This document shows, piece after piece, positions 7,628 to 17,230 of a stretch of DNA of 25,502 nt (the first letter of the stretch is position 1; each line of letters opens with the position of its first letter). A program made the position numbers and the translations under genes. The notes beneath the pieces are model-generated. The model was given only the letters and a program-made list of their open reading frames with translations, made no database searches and had not been told where the DNA came from. The stretch is from Candidatus Omnitrophota bacterium. Its GTDB lineage: Bacteria > Omnitrophota > Gorgyraeia > JAFGHF01. The DNA is taken from positions 1 through 25,502 of the forward strand of contig JAFGCM010000016.1 of assembly GCA_016932635.1 (NCBI GenBank), in the 5' to 3' direction.

Positions 7628-8943
7628 TTTTCGACTAGACTAAACATCATTTCGGCTTCGGCAACTATTTTTTCATCCACCAAGGCCTTGGTCCTAATCT
7701 GAATGGTCCTTGATTTTATTCTGATTACATCAACTTTTAAAATCAGCTGGTCTCCGGGAAGCACGGTCTTTCTGAATTTGACCCTATCCATGCTCATAAA
7801 ATAGGCCAGTTTCCCCCGGCTTTCGGCGCGGGAAAGCATCAGGATGCCGGCAGTCTGCGCCATGGCCTCAAGAATCAATACACCCGGCATCACCGGACGG
7901 CCGGGAAAGTGGCCGGTAAAAAAGTGCTCGTTGATGGTCACATTCTTGACGCCGGTAATGTGTCTTCCCTCTTCGAATTCCAAAATTCTATCTACTAGAA
8001 GAAACGGATAGCGATGCGGTAAAATCCGCATAATCTTCTCTATATCAAAGGGCGGCTCAATACTCTGATACTCCAGCGGCTGTTTTTCTTTCGCCGAAGA
8101 GAATAAACTTTGTTTGGCTTTTTCTAACATTTGCAATAACCTGATGTTGGTGGGGTGTCCACTTTTTACCGCCACGATATGGGCTTTAATTACCGGGGCC
8201 AACAGGCAGAAATCACCAATTAAATCTAAAACCTTGTGCCGGGCAAATTCATCGGGAAAAGTGGGCTTTCCTTTAATTACGCCTTTTTTGCCGAGTAAAA
8301 TCGTGTTTTCCTCCGTTGCCCCTTGACCCAACCCGTGCCGCCTCAACTGTTCGGCTTCCATTTCCAGGCAAAAGGTCTTGCAGGGAGCCAGCTCTTTTAG
8401 AAAGTTGGCCTCGTTGACAACCAGATTAAAATACTGATTCAGCGGCAGTTCCGGATAGCTCAACGTATAAGAAATCCTAAAGTTCTCACTCGGAAAGGCT
8501 AGTAAAAATGTGTCATCTTCCTTGAGTCCGAGCGGCTCTTTAACGATAAACTCTTTTTTCGCCCCATCCAACGCGACTATCCCGGCCTGGTTTAAAATTT
8601 TATAAAAATCCGCGGCGCTGCCGCCCAATGCCGGAACCTCCTGGGCGTCTATTTCCACAATAATGTTGTCTATCCCCAAGGCAAACAGGGCAGAGAGTAA
8701 ATGCTCAACCGTATGAATTTCAACCGAGCCTTTACCTAAGGATGTCCGGCGCAGGGTCAGGCTCTCCTCGATCACATTGCCGATACAAGCCCGCACTACC
8801 GGCCGCTGCGCTAAATCTACACGGACAAAATTAATCCCGCTATCCTTCGCAGCAGGCTTAAAACAAAGTTGCGCCTTTTGGCCTGTATGGATACCGGTAC
8901 CGCTAGCTTTAGTTTCTTTTTTTATAGTTTTCTGCTGGACCAT
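7624..8943 (-). CDS. lpxC-fabZ: Bifunctional LpxC deacetylase / FabZ dehydratase
   Basis: LpxC motifs GTGIHTG, TVEHLLSAL, RHKVLDLIGD; FabZ motifs LPHRYPFLLVDRI, FFTGHFP...MPGVLILEAMAQ. Confidence 0.96.
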   Translation of the reverse strand: MVQQKTIKKETKASGTGIHTGQKAQLCFKPAAKDSGINFVRVDLAQRPVVRACIGNVIEESLTLRRTSLGKGSVEIHTVEHLLSALFALGIDNIIVEIDAQEVPALGGSAADFYKILNQAGIVALDGAKKEFIVKEPLGLKEDDTFLLAFPSENFRISYTLSYPELPLNQYFNLVVNEANFLKELAPCKTFCLEMEAEQLRRHGLGQGATEENTILLGKKGVIKGKPTFPDEFARHKVLDLIGDFCLLAPVIKAHIVAVKSGHPTNIRLLQMLEKAKQSLFSSAKEKQPLEYQSIEPPFDIEKIMRILPHRYPFLLVDRILEFEEGRHITGVKNVTINEHFFTGHFPGRPVMPGVLILEAMAQTAGILMLSRAESRGKLAYFMSMDRVKFRKTVLPGDQLILKVDVIRIKSRTIQIRTKALVDEKIVAEAEMMFSLVEK

Positions 8944-8949
8944 GCTAAT

Positions 8950-9969
8950 TTATCCCTTTTTTTCTGTTTTTTTCTCTAACTGCGCCACCCGTTTAAATAA
9001 ATCCGGTAATTTCTGAATATGGGCGTTAAGCCGCTTAGCTAAGGTGTGCGGTTTGGCCGGATAACCGGAAACACAGGCATTGGCCGGAACGCTTTTGGTC
9101 ACCCCGGCCTGCGCCCCCACAATGGCATTGTCGCCAATAGTAATATGGCCGACCAAGCCGGATTGTCCGGCCAAGGTTACGTTCTTGCCCACTACTGTGC
9201 TGCCGGAAATACCCGTCTGGGCAACGATGATCGAACCTGCGCCGATGATTACATTGTGAGCAATCTGCACCAGGTTATCAATTTTACTGCCCTCTCCGAT
9301 AACGGTCTTATCGAAGCGCGCACGATCAATGGTGACATTAGCGCCGATTTCCACATCATCCTCAATAATCACCGTACCAATCTGGGGAATCTTATGATGC
9401 ATGCCGGAAACCTTGGCAAAACCAAAGCCGTCACTGCCGATAACTGTGCCGTTATGAATAATTACCCGTTGGCCAATCTCTACCCGCTCCCGAATAGAAA
9501 CATGGGGGTAGATGGCGCAATTTTTGCCTACTTTTACATCCTGGCCAATATATACTCCGGCATAAATAATTGTATTCTCACCGATAATTGCACCGTCCTC
9601 AACCACGCAATAGGCCTGGATGGCTACATTTTTACCTAGTTTTGCGCTCTTGGCGATTACCGCGCTGGGATGAATTCCTTCAGGCCGCCTGACATTTTTT
9701 TCTCCGAACAAGGAAACCACTTGCGCAAAGGCCAAAGAAGGGTTTTCCGTACGGATTAACGGCTTATTGGCCTTTTCCACTGCCCGGTCAGTAATTACTG
9801 CCGAGGCCCCAGTTGCGGCAATCAAAGAAAGATATCTGGGATTGGCCACAAAGGCAATTTCACCGGCCTGGGCCTCTTTGATCCCAGAGACCCCGGTAAT
9901 TACTACCGAGCCGTCTCCCCGGACATCGCCGCCTAAAATCTTGGCTAACTCCGCAAGTGTCTTTTGCAT
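8950..9969 (-). CDS. lpxD: UDP-3-O-acylglucosamine N-acyltransferase LpxD
   Basis: [39 protein letters not shown]. Confidence 0.97.
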   Translation of the reverse strand: MQKTLAELAKILGGDVRGDGSVVITGVSGIKEAQAGEIAFVANPRYLSLIAATGASAVITDRAVEKANKPLIRTENPSLAFAQVVSLFGEKNVRRPEGIHPSAVIAKSAKLGKNVAIQAYCVVEDGAIIGENTIIYAGVYIGQDVKVGKNCAIYPHVSIRERVEIGQRVIIHNGTVIGSDGFGFAKVSGMHHKIPQIGTVIIEDDVEIGANVTIDRARFDKTVIGEGSKIDNLVQIAHNVIIGAGSIIVAQTGISGSTVVGKNVTLAGQSGLVGHITIGDNAIVGAQAGVTKSVPANACVSGYPAKPHTLAKRLNAHIQKLPDLFKRVAQLEKKTEKKG

Positions 9970-9981
9970 ATTTGCTTCTAC

Positions 9982-10488
9982 TTATTTTTTCTTATATCTC
10001 TGATTAAGAGTCTTGATAATGTCTTGGGTCACATCAAGGTTGGCATCTTTATAAAGCAGCAAGGTATCATCAATGACGATATTGTAATTGCGGCTTTGGC
10101 CGTATTCCTCAATTACGTCTTTAACCTCTTTCATAATCTCTCTAAATTTCTCGTCTCGATCCTGGCGCAACCCGCTGCGTGTTTCGTTAGTAAAATCCTG
10201 CAGCTCTTTTACCTTTTGATCTAACTCTTGCTGCTTTTTCTCTTTTTGAGTATCTTTCAACAGGTCGATTTTTTCGCGCAAACTTTTAATGTCATTAACC
10301 AGTTTTTCCCTTTGCGAATTTTTCGCTTCCGCATCCTTGATCAATTCATTTTCTCCGTCGGTAACCTTCTGATATTTATCCAAAACATCTTTCAGGTTGA
10401 TATATCCGATTTTAATTCCTTCGGCATAAACCGCAGTTGATACAAGGAAAAATAAAGTTACCGTCAAAACCCCCCAAACCTTACGCAT
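9982..10488 (-). CDS. skp: Skp/OmpH periplasmic chaperone
   Basis: Signal peptide ending AVYA, KIGYINL, long charged coiled coil, C-terminal LDVTQDIIKTLN; located between bamA and lpxD; GGGG SD. Confidence 0.9.
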   Translation of the reverse strand: MRKVWGVLTVTLFFLVSTAVYAEGIKIGYINLKDVLDKYQKVTDGENELIKDAEAKNSQREKLVNDIKSLREKIDLLKDTQKEKKQQELDQKVKELQDFTNETRSGLRQDRDEKFREIMKEVKDVIEEYGQSRNYNIVIDDTLLLYKDANLDVTQDIIKTLNQRYKKK

Positions 10489-10511
10489 GCTTAACCCCCT
10501 TCAATGAGCAC

Positions 10512-10546
10512 TGAAGTTACAAAAATTGTAAATTTTTGTAACTTCA
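10512..10546. repeat. Perfect 16-bp inverted repeat in the skp leader
   Basis: TGAAGTTACAAAAATT-gta-AATTTTTGTAACTTCA. Confidence 0.85.
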
Positions 10547-10577
10547 TCTGCTTTAGTTTTTTCTTCGTAAGAAAGTG

Positions 10578-10643
10578 CGAATTGAACCCTTGACATTTTA
10601 CAATGGGAAACCTCTCATGTCAAAATGTCAAGGGTTAAGTTCG
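10578..10643. repeat. Large inverted repeat enclosing a promoter
   Basis: Perfect 15-bp arms AACCCTTGACATTTT (10585-10599) / AAAATGTCAAGGGTT (10622-10636), extendable to about 22 bp with one mismatch. Confidence 0.85.
10595..10623 (-). promoter_or_regulatory. Internal sigma70 promoter for skp-lpxD-lpxC/fabZ-lpxA-lpxI
   Basis: TTGACA (10623-10618), 17-nt spacer, TAAAAT (10600-10595). Confidence 0.75.
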
Positions 10644-10683
10644 GCCAGCGACTTACGTTCACTCCGTTCCGTAAGTCGCGGCC
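10643..10683. repeat. REP-like hairpin just after the bamA stop
   Basis: GGCC-a-GCGACTTACG-ttcactccgttc-CGTAAGTCGC-GGCC; perfect 10-bp core stem. Confidence 0.65.
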
Positions 10684-10687
10684 TCAC

Positions 10688-12991
10688 TTAAAATCCCCGG
10701 CTCATACTAAAGTGAAACCGACCTTCCTGGTCTTCGCCCTGATCTACTTTTAATGGATATCCGTAATCAAGTTTTACCGGGCCCATCGGCGTCTTCACGC
10801 GCACTCCCAGACCGGCGCTATACTTAAATCCACCGCTGGCAAAATCGCCTAATTTTTCCCAGACATTGCCGCCATCAAAAAAAACGGCAATCTTAATTAA
10901 CTCAAATAAAGGATAGGTCAGTTCGCAGGTGCCATATAAAGTGGATTTGCCTCCGATCGGCTCGCCTGATGTATCCTGAGGGCCTACGGTTCTTTCTTTA
11001 AAGCCTCTGATGGTATTAGTGCCGCCGGCAAAATAGCGAGTGTATATCGGCAAGGTATCGGTATTGCTATAAGTATCGGCGACTGCGGCTACAACTTTAA
11101 GTTCCAATAATAATTTTTCTACCAGTGTCTTAAAATAATCGGCGATGCCCATTACCTTAAAGAAGTCCTTATCCTGGCCCAAAAATCCACCGGCTACCTC
11201 CCCGGAAGCAGAAAGCACCAATCCTTTTGAGGGACTGTAGATATTATCCCGCGTATCCTGGGTCAATTTGAGGAACAAGCTGCTAATCGTATTTTGCCCA
11301 ACTTCATTTTTTAAATCCTGGGATGCGCCATCAGGCACATTGGAGATATCTACATTTTCCAGTTTATACATCAAGTCTGCCCGGAAAAAATCCGTAAACT
11401 CTTTACCCAAGCGCAGATCCCCGCCGCGGCGCTGTTCGTCGTAGCTGTAGCCGGTAGTGCCGGAACGTTCCCAAACTCTGCTGTAACCATCAACACCGAA
11501 GGACAAAGGATGGCCAAAGATCCAGGGCTCGGTAAAACTTAAGTCGTATTCCCGACGGCTGGTGCCAAACTCCGCTTTCACCCTGATGTCCTGGCCGGCT
11601 CCGGTAAAGCTGTGCCAATTGGCAATATCAAAATTCCTCTGGGCGATTTCGACGAAACCAACAAATTTTTCTACAGAGCTAAACCCGGCGCCAAAAGCAA
11701 ATTCTCCGGTCTTGGCCTCCTGGACATTGACGATTAAATCCTTCTGATTGGGCGCGCTGGTCGCTTCGGTATCATAACTAATTTCCTGAAAGAATCCCAG
11801 ATTGTAAAGCCGCTCCTTGCTGCGCTTCAATTTCTCTCCATCAAAGGCCTGACCCGGATAAGAGCGCAGTTCGCGCCTGATCACAATATCCTTAGTCTTG
11901 GTATTGCCTCGAATCTTAATCTTATTGATGTAGGCCAGTTCATTCTCTGTAATCTTATAGACTAAATCAATGCTTCCGGTGTCTTCATTATAGACGGTAT
12001 CGACCTGGACCTCGGCCGAGATATACCCCTTCTCAAAATAAAAACTCTGGATATTGGAAATATCGTATTTTAGTTTATCCTTACTGAATACCTGAGCGGT
12101 TGTTAACTGCAGACGCTGTTTAAGTTGTTGTTCCGGAAACAGCACTGCGCCCTGCAGCTTAACTTCTCCGACAAAATATTGCCTGCCCTCATCTATCTGA
12201 ATAGTAATTTGCATCCTGTTCTTATCCGGGCCGAAAGACAGCTCATAATTAACCTGGGCATCCAAAAAACCGTTCTGGGAGTAAAATGCCCTCAGGCGCT
12301 CTAAGTCTAAATCCAGCACCTCTTCCTGATATAAACCGGAGGCAAACAGGCCTGCCTTTTTGGTGCGCATCAGCTGCAATATCTTTTTATCCGAGAATGT
12401 CTTGTTGCCCTGAATGTAAATATTTTTAATCTTCAGGCGCTCTTCTTCCTGGATGATGATTTCTACTTTAGTCCGATTAGTCTCGACATCCGTATCTAAA
12501 CGATAATCAATGCTGGCTAAGGGAAAGCCTTTAGCTTCATAGGCCTTCTGGATATCGCGCATGTCTGTTTTTAGCCGTTGCAGGTCGAAGAAATCCCCCT
12601 TCGGTAATTTAATCAATTCCTGCAGTTTTTCTTGACGGATGGACTTATTGCCTGAAAGCGTAATCGCATCAACGATAGGCTTTTCTTCCACTTGGAAAAT
12701 TACTGCTACCCCTTCGGCGCTATCTTGGGTTTCAATCTTGATGTCGGTAAAATAACCCAGGGCGTAGAGGCGTTTTAAATCGTCGCTCGCCACTACTTGA
12801 GAAAACGGCTTGCCCTCACGGGTCCTGACTTTAGCCAGGATAGTGGCCCCGCTAATATTTTTATTGCCCGCTACTTCTACCTTGGTCACTAATTTCTGCT
12901 CGGCATCCGGGCCTTGAGCAAATACAGCGCTAGACAGTAACATCCCTAATAATAAGGATCCGGCTATTTGATTCCAAGGTTTTCTGTTCAA
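10688..12991 (-). CDS. bamA: Outer membrane protein assembly factor BamA
   Basis: TTG start with GGAGG SD; signal peptide; POTRA repeats (GNKNIS, GNKSI, GNKTF, GNTKTKDIVIRRE); barrel motif IRGF; C-terminal aromatic residue. Confidence 0.96.
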   Translation of the reverse strand: MNRKPWNQIAGSLLLGMLLSSAVFAQGPDAEQKLVTKVEVAGNKNISGATILAKVRTREGKPFSQVVASDDLKRLYALGYFTDIKIETQDSAEGVAVIFQVEEKPIVDAITLSGNKSIRQEKLQELIKLPKGDFFDLQRLKTDMRDIQKAYEAKGFPLASIDYRLDTDVETNRTKVEIIIQEEERLKIKNIYIQGNKTFSDKKILQLMRTKKAGLFASGLYQEEVLDLDLERLRAFYSQNGFLDAQVNYELSFGPDKNRMQITIQIDEGRQYFVGEVKLQGAVLFPEQQLKQRLQLTTAQVFSKDKLKYDISNIQSFYFEKGYISAEVQVDTVYNEDTGSIDLVYKITENELAYINKIKIRGNTKTKDIVIRRELRSYPGQAFDGEKLKRSKERLYNLGFFQEISYDTEATSAPNQKDLIVNVQEAKTGEFAFGAGFSSVEKFVGFVEIAQRNFDIANWHSFTGAGQDIRVKAEFGTSRREYDLSFTEPWIFGHPLSFGVDGYSRVWERSGTTGYSYDEQRRGGDLRLGKEFTDFFRADLMYKLENVDISNVPDGASQDLKNEVGQNTISSLFLKLTQDTRDNIYSPSKGLVLSASGEVAGGFLGQDKDFFKVMGIADYFKTLVEKLLLELKVVAAVADTYSNTDTLPIYTRYFAGGTNTIRGFKERTVGPQDTSGEPIGGKSTLYGTCELTYPLFELIKIAVFFDGGNVWEKLGDFASGGFKYSAGLGVRVKTPMGPVKLDYGYPLKVDQGEDQEGRFHFSMSRGF

Positions 12992-12996
12992 CGTCT

Positions 12997-14367
12997 TTAG
13001 TCCTCCCTTCTGGATAAGTTTTCAAATCGGGTAAATTCGCTTAAGAATAAAAGATTCTGTGAGCCCACTGGGCCGTTTCTCTGCTTGGCGATAATTATTT
13101 CGGCGATGCCTTTATTGTTCTCTTTGGGGTTATAATATTCTTCTCTAAATAAAAGCATTACTAAATCGGCATCCTGCTCAATAGCTCCGGATTCCCTTAA
13201 ATCGGAAAGCCGGGGACGGTAACTTTCTCTTTTTTCCGGGGCGCGGGAAAGCTGGCTAATCGCAATCAAGGGCAGACTTAATTCTTTAGATAAAGTCTTT
13301 AAGGACCGCGTAATCTCGGAGATTTCCTGTTGGCGATTTTCTATTCTCGTTCCTCCGGTCATCAACTGCAGATAATCTACAATAATTAATCCGACGTTAA
13401 AGCGGCTTTTTAATCTTCTGGCCTTGGCGCGCAATTCCAGAACAGTTAGACCCGCGCTATCGTCTATATAGATGGGGGCCTCAGCCAACTTGCCGGCGGC
13501 GGTCACCAGTTTCGGCCAATCACCTTGCGTTAAGAAGCCGCTTCTGGCCTTCTGTAGTTCCACCCGGGCGTGCGAACAAAGCATCCTCTGTACCAACTGC
13601 TCTTTGGACATCTCCAGACTAAACAGGGCTACCGGCTTCTGCTCCTGTACCCCGATATATTCAGCAATACAGGTGGCAAAGGCGCTTTTACCCATTGAGG
13701 GCCGCCCGGCAATAATAATTAATTCTCCGTTATGTAAACCGGCAGTCATCATATCTAAATCATCGAAGCCTGTGGCCAGGCCGGTAACATGGGCCTTGCG
13801 GCGGTAGAAACCCTCAATAGTTTCAATGCTGTCTTTAATAATGTCCTTGATCGGAACAGAAACACCCTGGATTTGGGAGCCGGCGATATCAAAAATGAGT
13901 TTTTCGGCATGATCTAAAAGTAAATTGGCATCCTGTTGGCCTTCATAACCTTGGGCAACAATGTGCGTAGCTGTATTAATCAAATTCCTCAAGATTCCCT
14001 TTTCTTTAACTATTTTTGCATAATGCAGGACGTTAGCGGCGGTAGGCACGGCGGCAGTTAGTTCCGTTAAGTAGGCGGCCCCGCCGACTTCCTCTAACAG
14101 GTCTTTTCTCTTTAATTCCTCGCTCAGCGTAACTAGGTCTACAGCTTTATTTAAGCTATATAAGTCAACTATTGCTTGAAAGATCCTCTGGTGGGCATCG
14201 TTATAAAAATAACTCGCATTGATCAGCTCTACTGCCTGGCCAATAGCCTCCTCTTCAATCAGCATCGAGCCCAATACGGCAATCTCCGCCTCCAAGTTTT
14301 GTGGCGGAACTTTCTCCATGGTGATGTCTTTGGCGCTCTTTATCTCTTTAGCGTTTCTAACAACCAT
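12997..14367 (-). CDS. dnaB: Replicative DNA helicase DnaB
   Basis: PPQNLEAE, Walker A AGRPSMGKS, FSLEMS, IIVDYLQL, SQLSR, DLRESGAIEQDAD, KQRNGP; no intein. Confidence 0.98.
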   Translation of the reverse strand: MVVRNAKEIKSAKDITMEKVPPQNLEAEIAVLGSMLIEEEAIGQAVELINASYFYNDAHQRIFQAIVDLYSLNKAVDLVTLSEELKRKDLLEEVGGAAYLTELTAAVPTAANVLHYAKIVKEKGILRNLINTATHIVAQGYEGQQDANLLLDHAEKLIFDIAGSQIQGVSVPIKDIIKDSIETIEGFYRRKAHVTGLATGFDDLDMMTAGLHNGELIIIAGRPSMGKSAFATCIAEYIGVQEQKPVALFSLEMSKEQLVQRMLCSHARVELQKARSGFLTQGDWPKLVTAAGKLAEAPIYIDDSAGLTVLELRAKARRLKSRFNVGLIIVDYLQLMTGGTRIENRQQEISEITRSLKTLSKELSLPLIAISQLSRAPEKRESYRPRLSDLRESGAIEQDADLVMLLFREEYYNPKENNKGIAEIIIAKQRNGPVGSQNLLFLSEFTRFENLSRRED

Positions 14368-14393
14368 GTCTGCTTTTCTCTTTTAAGCAATTG

Positions 14394-14837
14394 TCATTCT
14401 TTAACTACCCAGACTTTGGCCTGGGCAGTAACTTCCGGATGGAGTTTGATATTTATTTTAAACACCCCGGTCTCTTTAATCGGCTCTGGTAGTTCGATCC
14501 TGCGTTTGTCAATAATTATTCCCTCGGCTGAATAGGCCTGGACGATATCTTGACTGGTTACGCTACCAAAAAGTTTACCATCCTGCTCACCCTGAACAGC
14601 AATTGTGCAGGAGAAGGCATTGATTCTCTGGGCCAACTTTTCGGCCTCTTGCTTTTCCTGTTCCTGGCGCAAGAGCTGTTTTTTCTTCTCCAGCTCAATA
14701 ACTTTCAGATTGGCCGCAGAAGCCGCCAGGCCTAAGTTTTGAGGCAGCAGGAAATTTCTGGCGAAGCCATCTTTGACCGAAACAACCTCGCCCATCTTGC
14801 CTAATTTTTCGATATCTTTTTTCAGGATAATTTTCAT
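14394..14837 (-). CDS. rplI: 50S ribosomal protein bL9
   Basis: MKIILKKDIEKLG...VKDGFARNFLLP, KLFGSVT. Confidence 0.98.
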   Translation of the reverse strand: MKIILKKDIEKLGKMGEVVSVKDGFARNFLLPQNLGLAASAANLKVIELEKKKQLLRQEQEKQEAEKLAQRINAFSCTIAVQGEQDGKLFGSVTSQDIVQAYSAEGIIIDKRRIELPEPIKETGVFKINIKLHPEVTAQAKVWVVKE

Positions 14838-14852
14838 TTGTTCGCCTTTAAC

Positions 14853-15110
14853 TTACTTGTGGACAAAAGCTAACAGCGCAATAAAACGCGCCTTTTTGAT
14901 TGCCGCGGCCAATAACCTCTGATGCCGGGCGCAAGTACCGCTGACCCGTCGGGGAACCATCTTGCCCCGTTCACTGGTAAAGCGGATTAAGCGGTTGACA
15001 TCCTTGTAATCTATTTGTTTTGTCTTTTCAACGCAAAACATACAAAATTTTTTGCGCAGCGGAAATATCCTGGGCGGCCTTTTTCTTTTAAGCAACTTCT
15101 TTCTTTTCAC
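14853..15110 (-). CDS. rpsR: 30S ribosomal protein bS18 (Zn-binding C+ form)
   Basis: CMFC...IDYKD...[20 protein letters not shown]; GTG start. Confidence 0.96.
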   Translation of the reverse strand: MKRKKLLKRKRPPRIFPLRKKFCMFCVEKTKQIDYKDVNRLIRFTSERGKMVPRRVSGTCARHQRLLAAAIKKARFIALLAFVHK

Positions 15111-15153
15111 CGTCAGTCTCTCTTTCTTATGGTTGCGTAGGTTGTGGCTTCAT

Positions 15154-15618
15154 TTAAAATGGAATTTCCTTGGAGTCGATATCCTTTTCTTCGCTCGCTG
15201 GCGCGGGTGTGGCGCCTTCATTGAGCAGGGACTCCAGCGACTCCTCTTCTTCTTTAAACTCTCCGTGTTGCGCTTCAGCGCTGATTTGGACCTTACCTAA
15301 AAATTGTACCCGCGATGCGCGCACCTCTAAGACATTTCGTTTCTGTCCATCCTGCGCTTCCCAGGAACGCGACTGCAGCCTGCCTTCCACGAAAATCGGC
15401 TTGCCTTTACTTAAAAATTGGCTGCAGGTCTCAGCCTGCTTACCCCAGGCCACAACCGTCAGAAAAGCGGTTTCCTCCTTGGGCTCGCCAGTCTGGGTCT
15501 TATATCGTCTATTTACGGCAATCCTCAAGTTAGTCACGGCGGTGCCTGATGGGGTATATCTTAATTCCGGATCACGGGTAAGATTGCCGATTAAAAATAC
15601 CCGGTTCAAATTAGCCAT
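15154..15618 (-). CDS. ssb: Single-stranded DNA-binding protein
   Basis: LNRVFLIGNLTRDPELRYT, VEGRLQ, acidic tail ending EIPF. Confidence 0.98.
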   Translation of the reverse strand: MANLNRVFLIGNLTRDPELRYTPSGTAVTNLRIAVNRRYKTQTGEPKEETAFLTVVAWGKQAETCSQFLSKGKPIFVEGRLQSRSWEAQDGQKRNVLEVRASRVQFLGKVQISAEAQHGEFKEEEESLESLLNEGATPAPASEEKDIDSKEIPF

Positions 15619-15925
15619 TTTTTTCCTCCTTCGACGCCGTTCTGGTTACCAAGGCCCTTAAAATCCGCTCATTGATCTTGCAGGCATGCTTTAAACGGGG
15701 CACCGCGTCACTGCTGGCTGTAGAAAAATTAATCAGGTAATATATGCCTTCGCTGCATTTATTGATGGGGTAGGCGAGTTGGCGCCTGCCATAGGCCTGC
15801 GAATTTTCAATATTCGCCTGATTTTCCTTCAACAGCTTCTCCAATTCAGTGACCAGCAGCTTTTCTTCTTGTTCGTTAATCTCCGGCTTAAAAATAAACA
15901 TCGCTTCATACGCTGGCAACTTCAA
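15611..15925 (-). CDS. rpsF: 30S ribosomal protein bS6
   Basis: YEAMFIFKP, YGRRQLAYPI, ILRALV; rpsF-ssb-rpsR order; GGAGG SD. Confidence 0.93.
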   Translation of the reverse strand: MKLPAYEAMFIFKPEINEQEEKLLVTELEKLLKENQANIENSQAYGRRQLAYPINKCSEGIYYLINFSTASSDAVPRLKHACKINERILRALVTRTASKEEKNG

Positions 15926-15931
15926 CCTCCT

Positions 15932-16486
15932 TTAATTAAATTTATTCATCGCTGCATTAATTCCCAGGGCTACCCAGTCCTCAATGCAGGCTACGGCCTG
16001 CTCTTGCGCCTGATTAATAATTTTATTCTCAGCCTTGGGAAAGCGGGCCAGGACGAATTTACTCAATCCCCCTTGCTTCTTTCGGCCAATCCCTATTCTT
16101 AACCGGGCAAAGGCGCTCTTTCCCAACGCAGTTATAATTGAACGCAGTCCTTTGTGCCCACCATCACTGCCATCGGCCTTCAGGCGAATTTTGCCTAAAG
16201 GCAAGTTGATATCATCGCAAACAACCAGCAAATCCGGTAATGCTATTTTTTTTTGTTTGACTATCTCCCGGGCCGCCTGGCCGCTTAAATTAACAAAGGT
16301 TTGCGGCTGGGCCAAAAGCACGAGCTCCTCTTCCAGCAACCCCACTCCCAGCAGGCAATGAAAAAGTTTTTGTTTGATTTTTATGCGATGCTTCTTGGCC
16401 AGGCGCTCGATTACCAAGAAACCCAGATTATGTCGAGTATCTCGATATCTTAAACCAAAATTGCCCAGGCCGATAATTGCCTTCAC
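15932..16486 (-). CDS. pth: Peptidyl-tRNA hydrolase
   Basis: GLGN...TRHNLG, PQTFVNLSG, DDINL, GGHKGLRS, RLRIGIG. Confidence 0.97.
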   Translation of the reverse strand: MKAIIGLGNFGLRYRDTRHNLGFLVIERLAKKHRIKIKQKLFHCLLGVGLLEEELVLLAQPQTFVNLSGQAAREIVKQKKIALPDLLVVCDDINLPLGKIRLKADGSDGGHKGLRSIITALGKSAFARLRIGIGRKKQGGLSKFVLARFPKAENKIINQAQEQAVACIEDWVALGINAAMNKFN

Positions 16487-17208
16487 GACTGTTTTTCTGG
16501 TTCTTTTTCTTTTCTAGGTTTTTCGGCAGCTTCCTCTTCTTCCTCTTCGGGCTTTTTCTCCATAATTACTTCCGGCTCAAGCATTTCTTCCGCCGGGGCA
16601 GCTTCTTCCTTTTCTACATGAGGCAGACCCAGAGTAATCACGGTAGCCTGTCCCTCCCCTAGAATCTTTACCCCCGCAGGCGCCTTGAGGTTCTCCAACA
16701 AAATAGCATCGCCGATTTTCATTTGGCTGACATCTACCGGGATATTTTCTGGGATCTCTGTAGGCAAACATTCTACTTCTATTTCCCAGAGAACATGTTC
16801 CAGCACCCCGCCCTCTTTTAAACCAGGGGCCTCACCCTTTACTTTAATCGGCACTTTCACCGTCAAGACCTCGGTCAGAGAAATTTCATTAAAATCGAGG
16901 TGTAAAATATCCCCCCGCACCGGGTGGTACTGGATTTCTTTGATAATCACGGTCCGGGCAGCGCCCTTGGTCTTGCCGGAGGTCTTGGTCTTTTTCTGGC
17001 TGTCGTCTGCGATCTGCAAATTAATCACTACGTTTTCTCCGGCCTTGGTATGAATTGCCTCCCGCAGCTCCTTAGTAGAGACCTTAATATTCAGCGCGTT
17101 TTTCCCTTTATACACTACGGCCGGGATCAGGTTCTGCTTCCTGAGTTTCTTCACGGCCTCTTTGCCAACTTCTTCTCTAATTTGAGCTTCTAATTTTATC
17201 TCCGCCAT
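16483..17208 (-). CDS. rplY: 50S ribosomal protein bL25 / Ctc (long form, acidic tail)
   Basis: KLRKQNLIPAVVY, EIQYHPV...HLDF, GLKEGGVL, LPTEIP. Confidence 0.96.
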   Translation of the reverse strand: MAEIKLEAQIREEVGKEAVKKLRKQNLIPAVVYKGKNALNIKVSTKELREAIHTKAGENVVINLQIADDSQKKTKTSGKTKGAARTVIIKEIQYHPVRGDILHLDFNEISLTEVLTVKVPIKVKGEAPGLKEGGVLEHVLWEIEVECLPTEIPENIPVDVSQMKIGDAILLENLKAPAGVKILGEGQATVITLGLPHVEKEEAAPAEEMLEPEVIMEKKPEEEEEEAAEKPRKEKEPEKQS

Positions 17209-17230
17209 TGTTCTCCTTTAAATCCGTGTT

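Noticed and set aside
7624-8943. LpxC-FabZ fusion as a novelty
   Set aside because: A known fusion in Bacteroidota and PVC bacteria; useful only as a taxonomic hint.
10585-10636. Inverted repeat as a MITE
   Set aside because: The TGTCAAG motifs face outward rather than inward, and no target-site duplication is evident.
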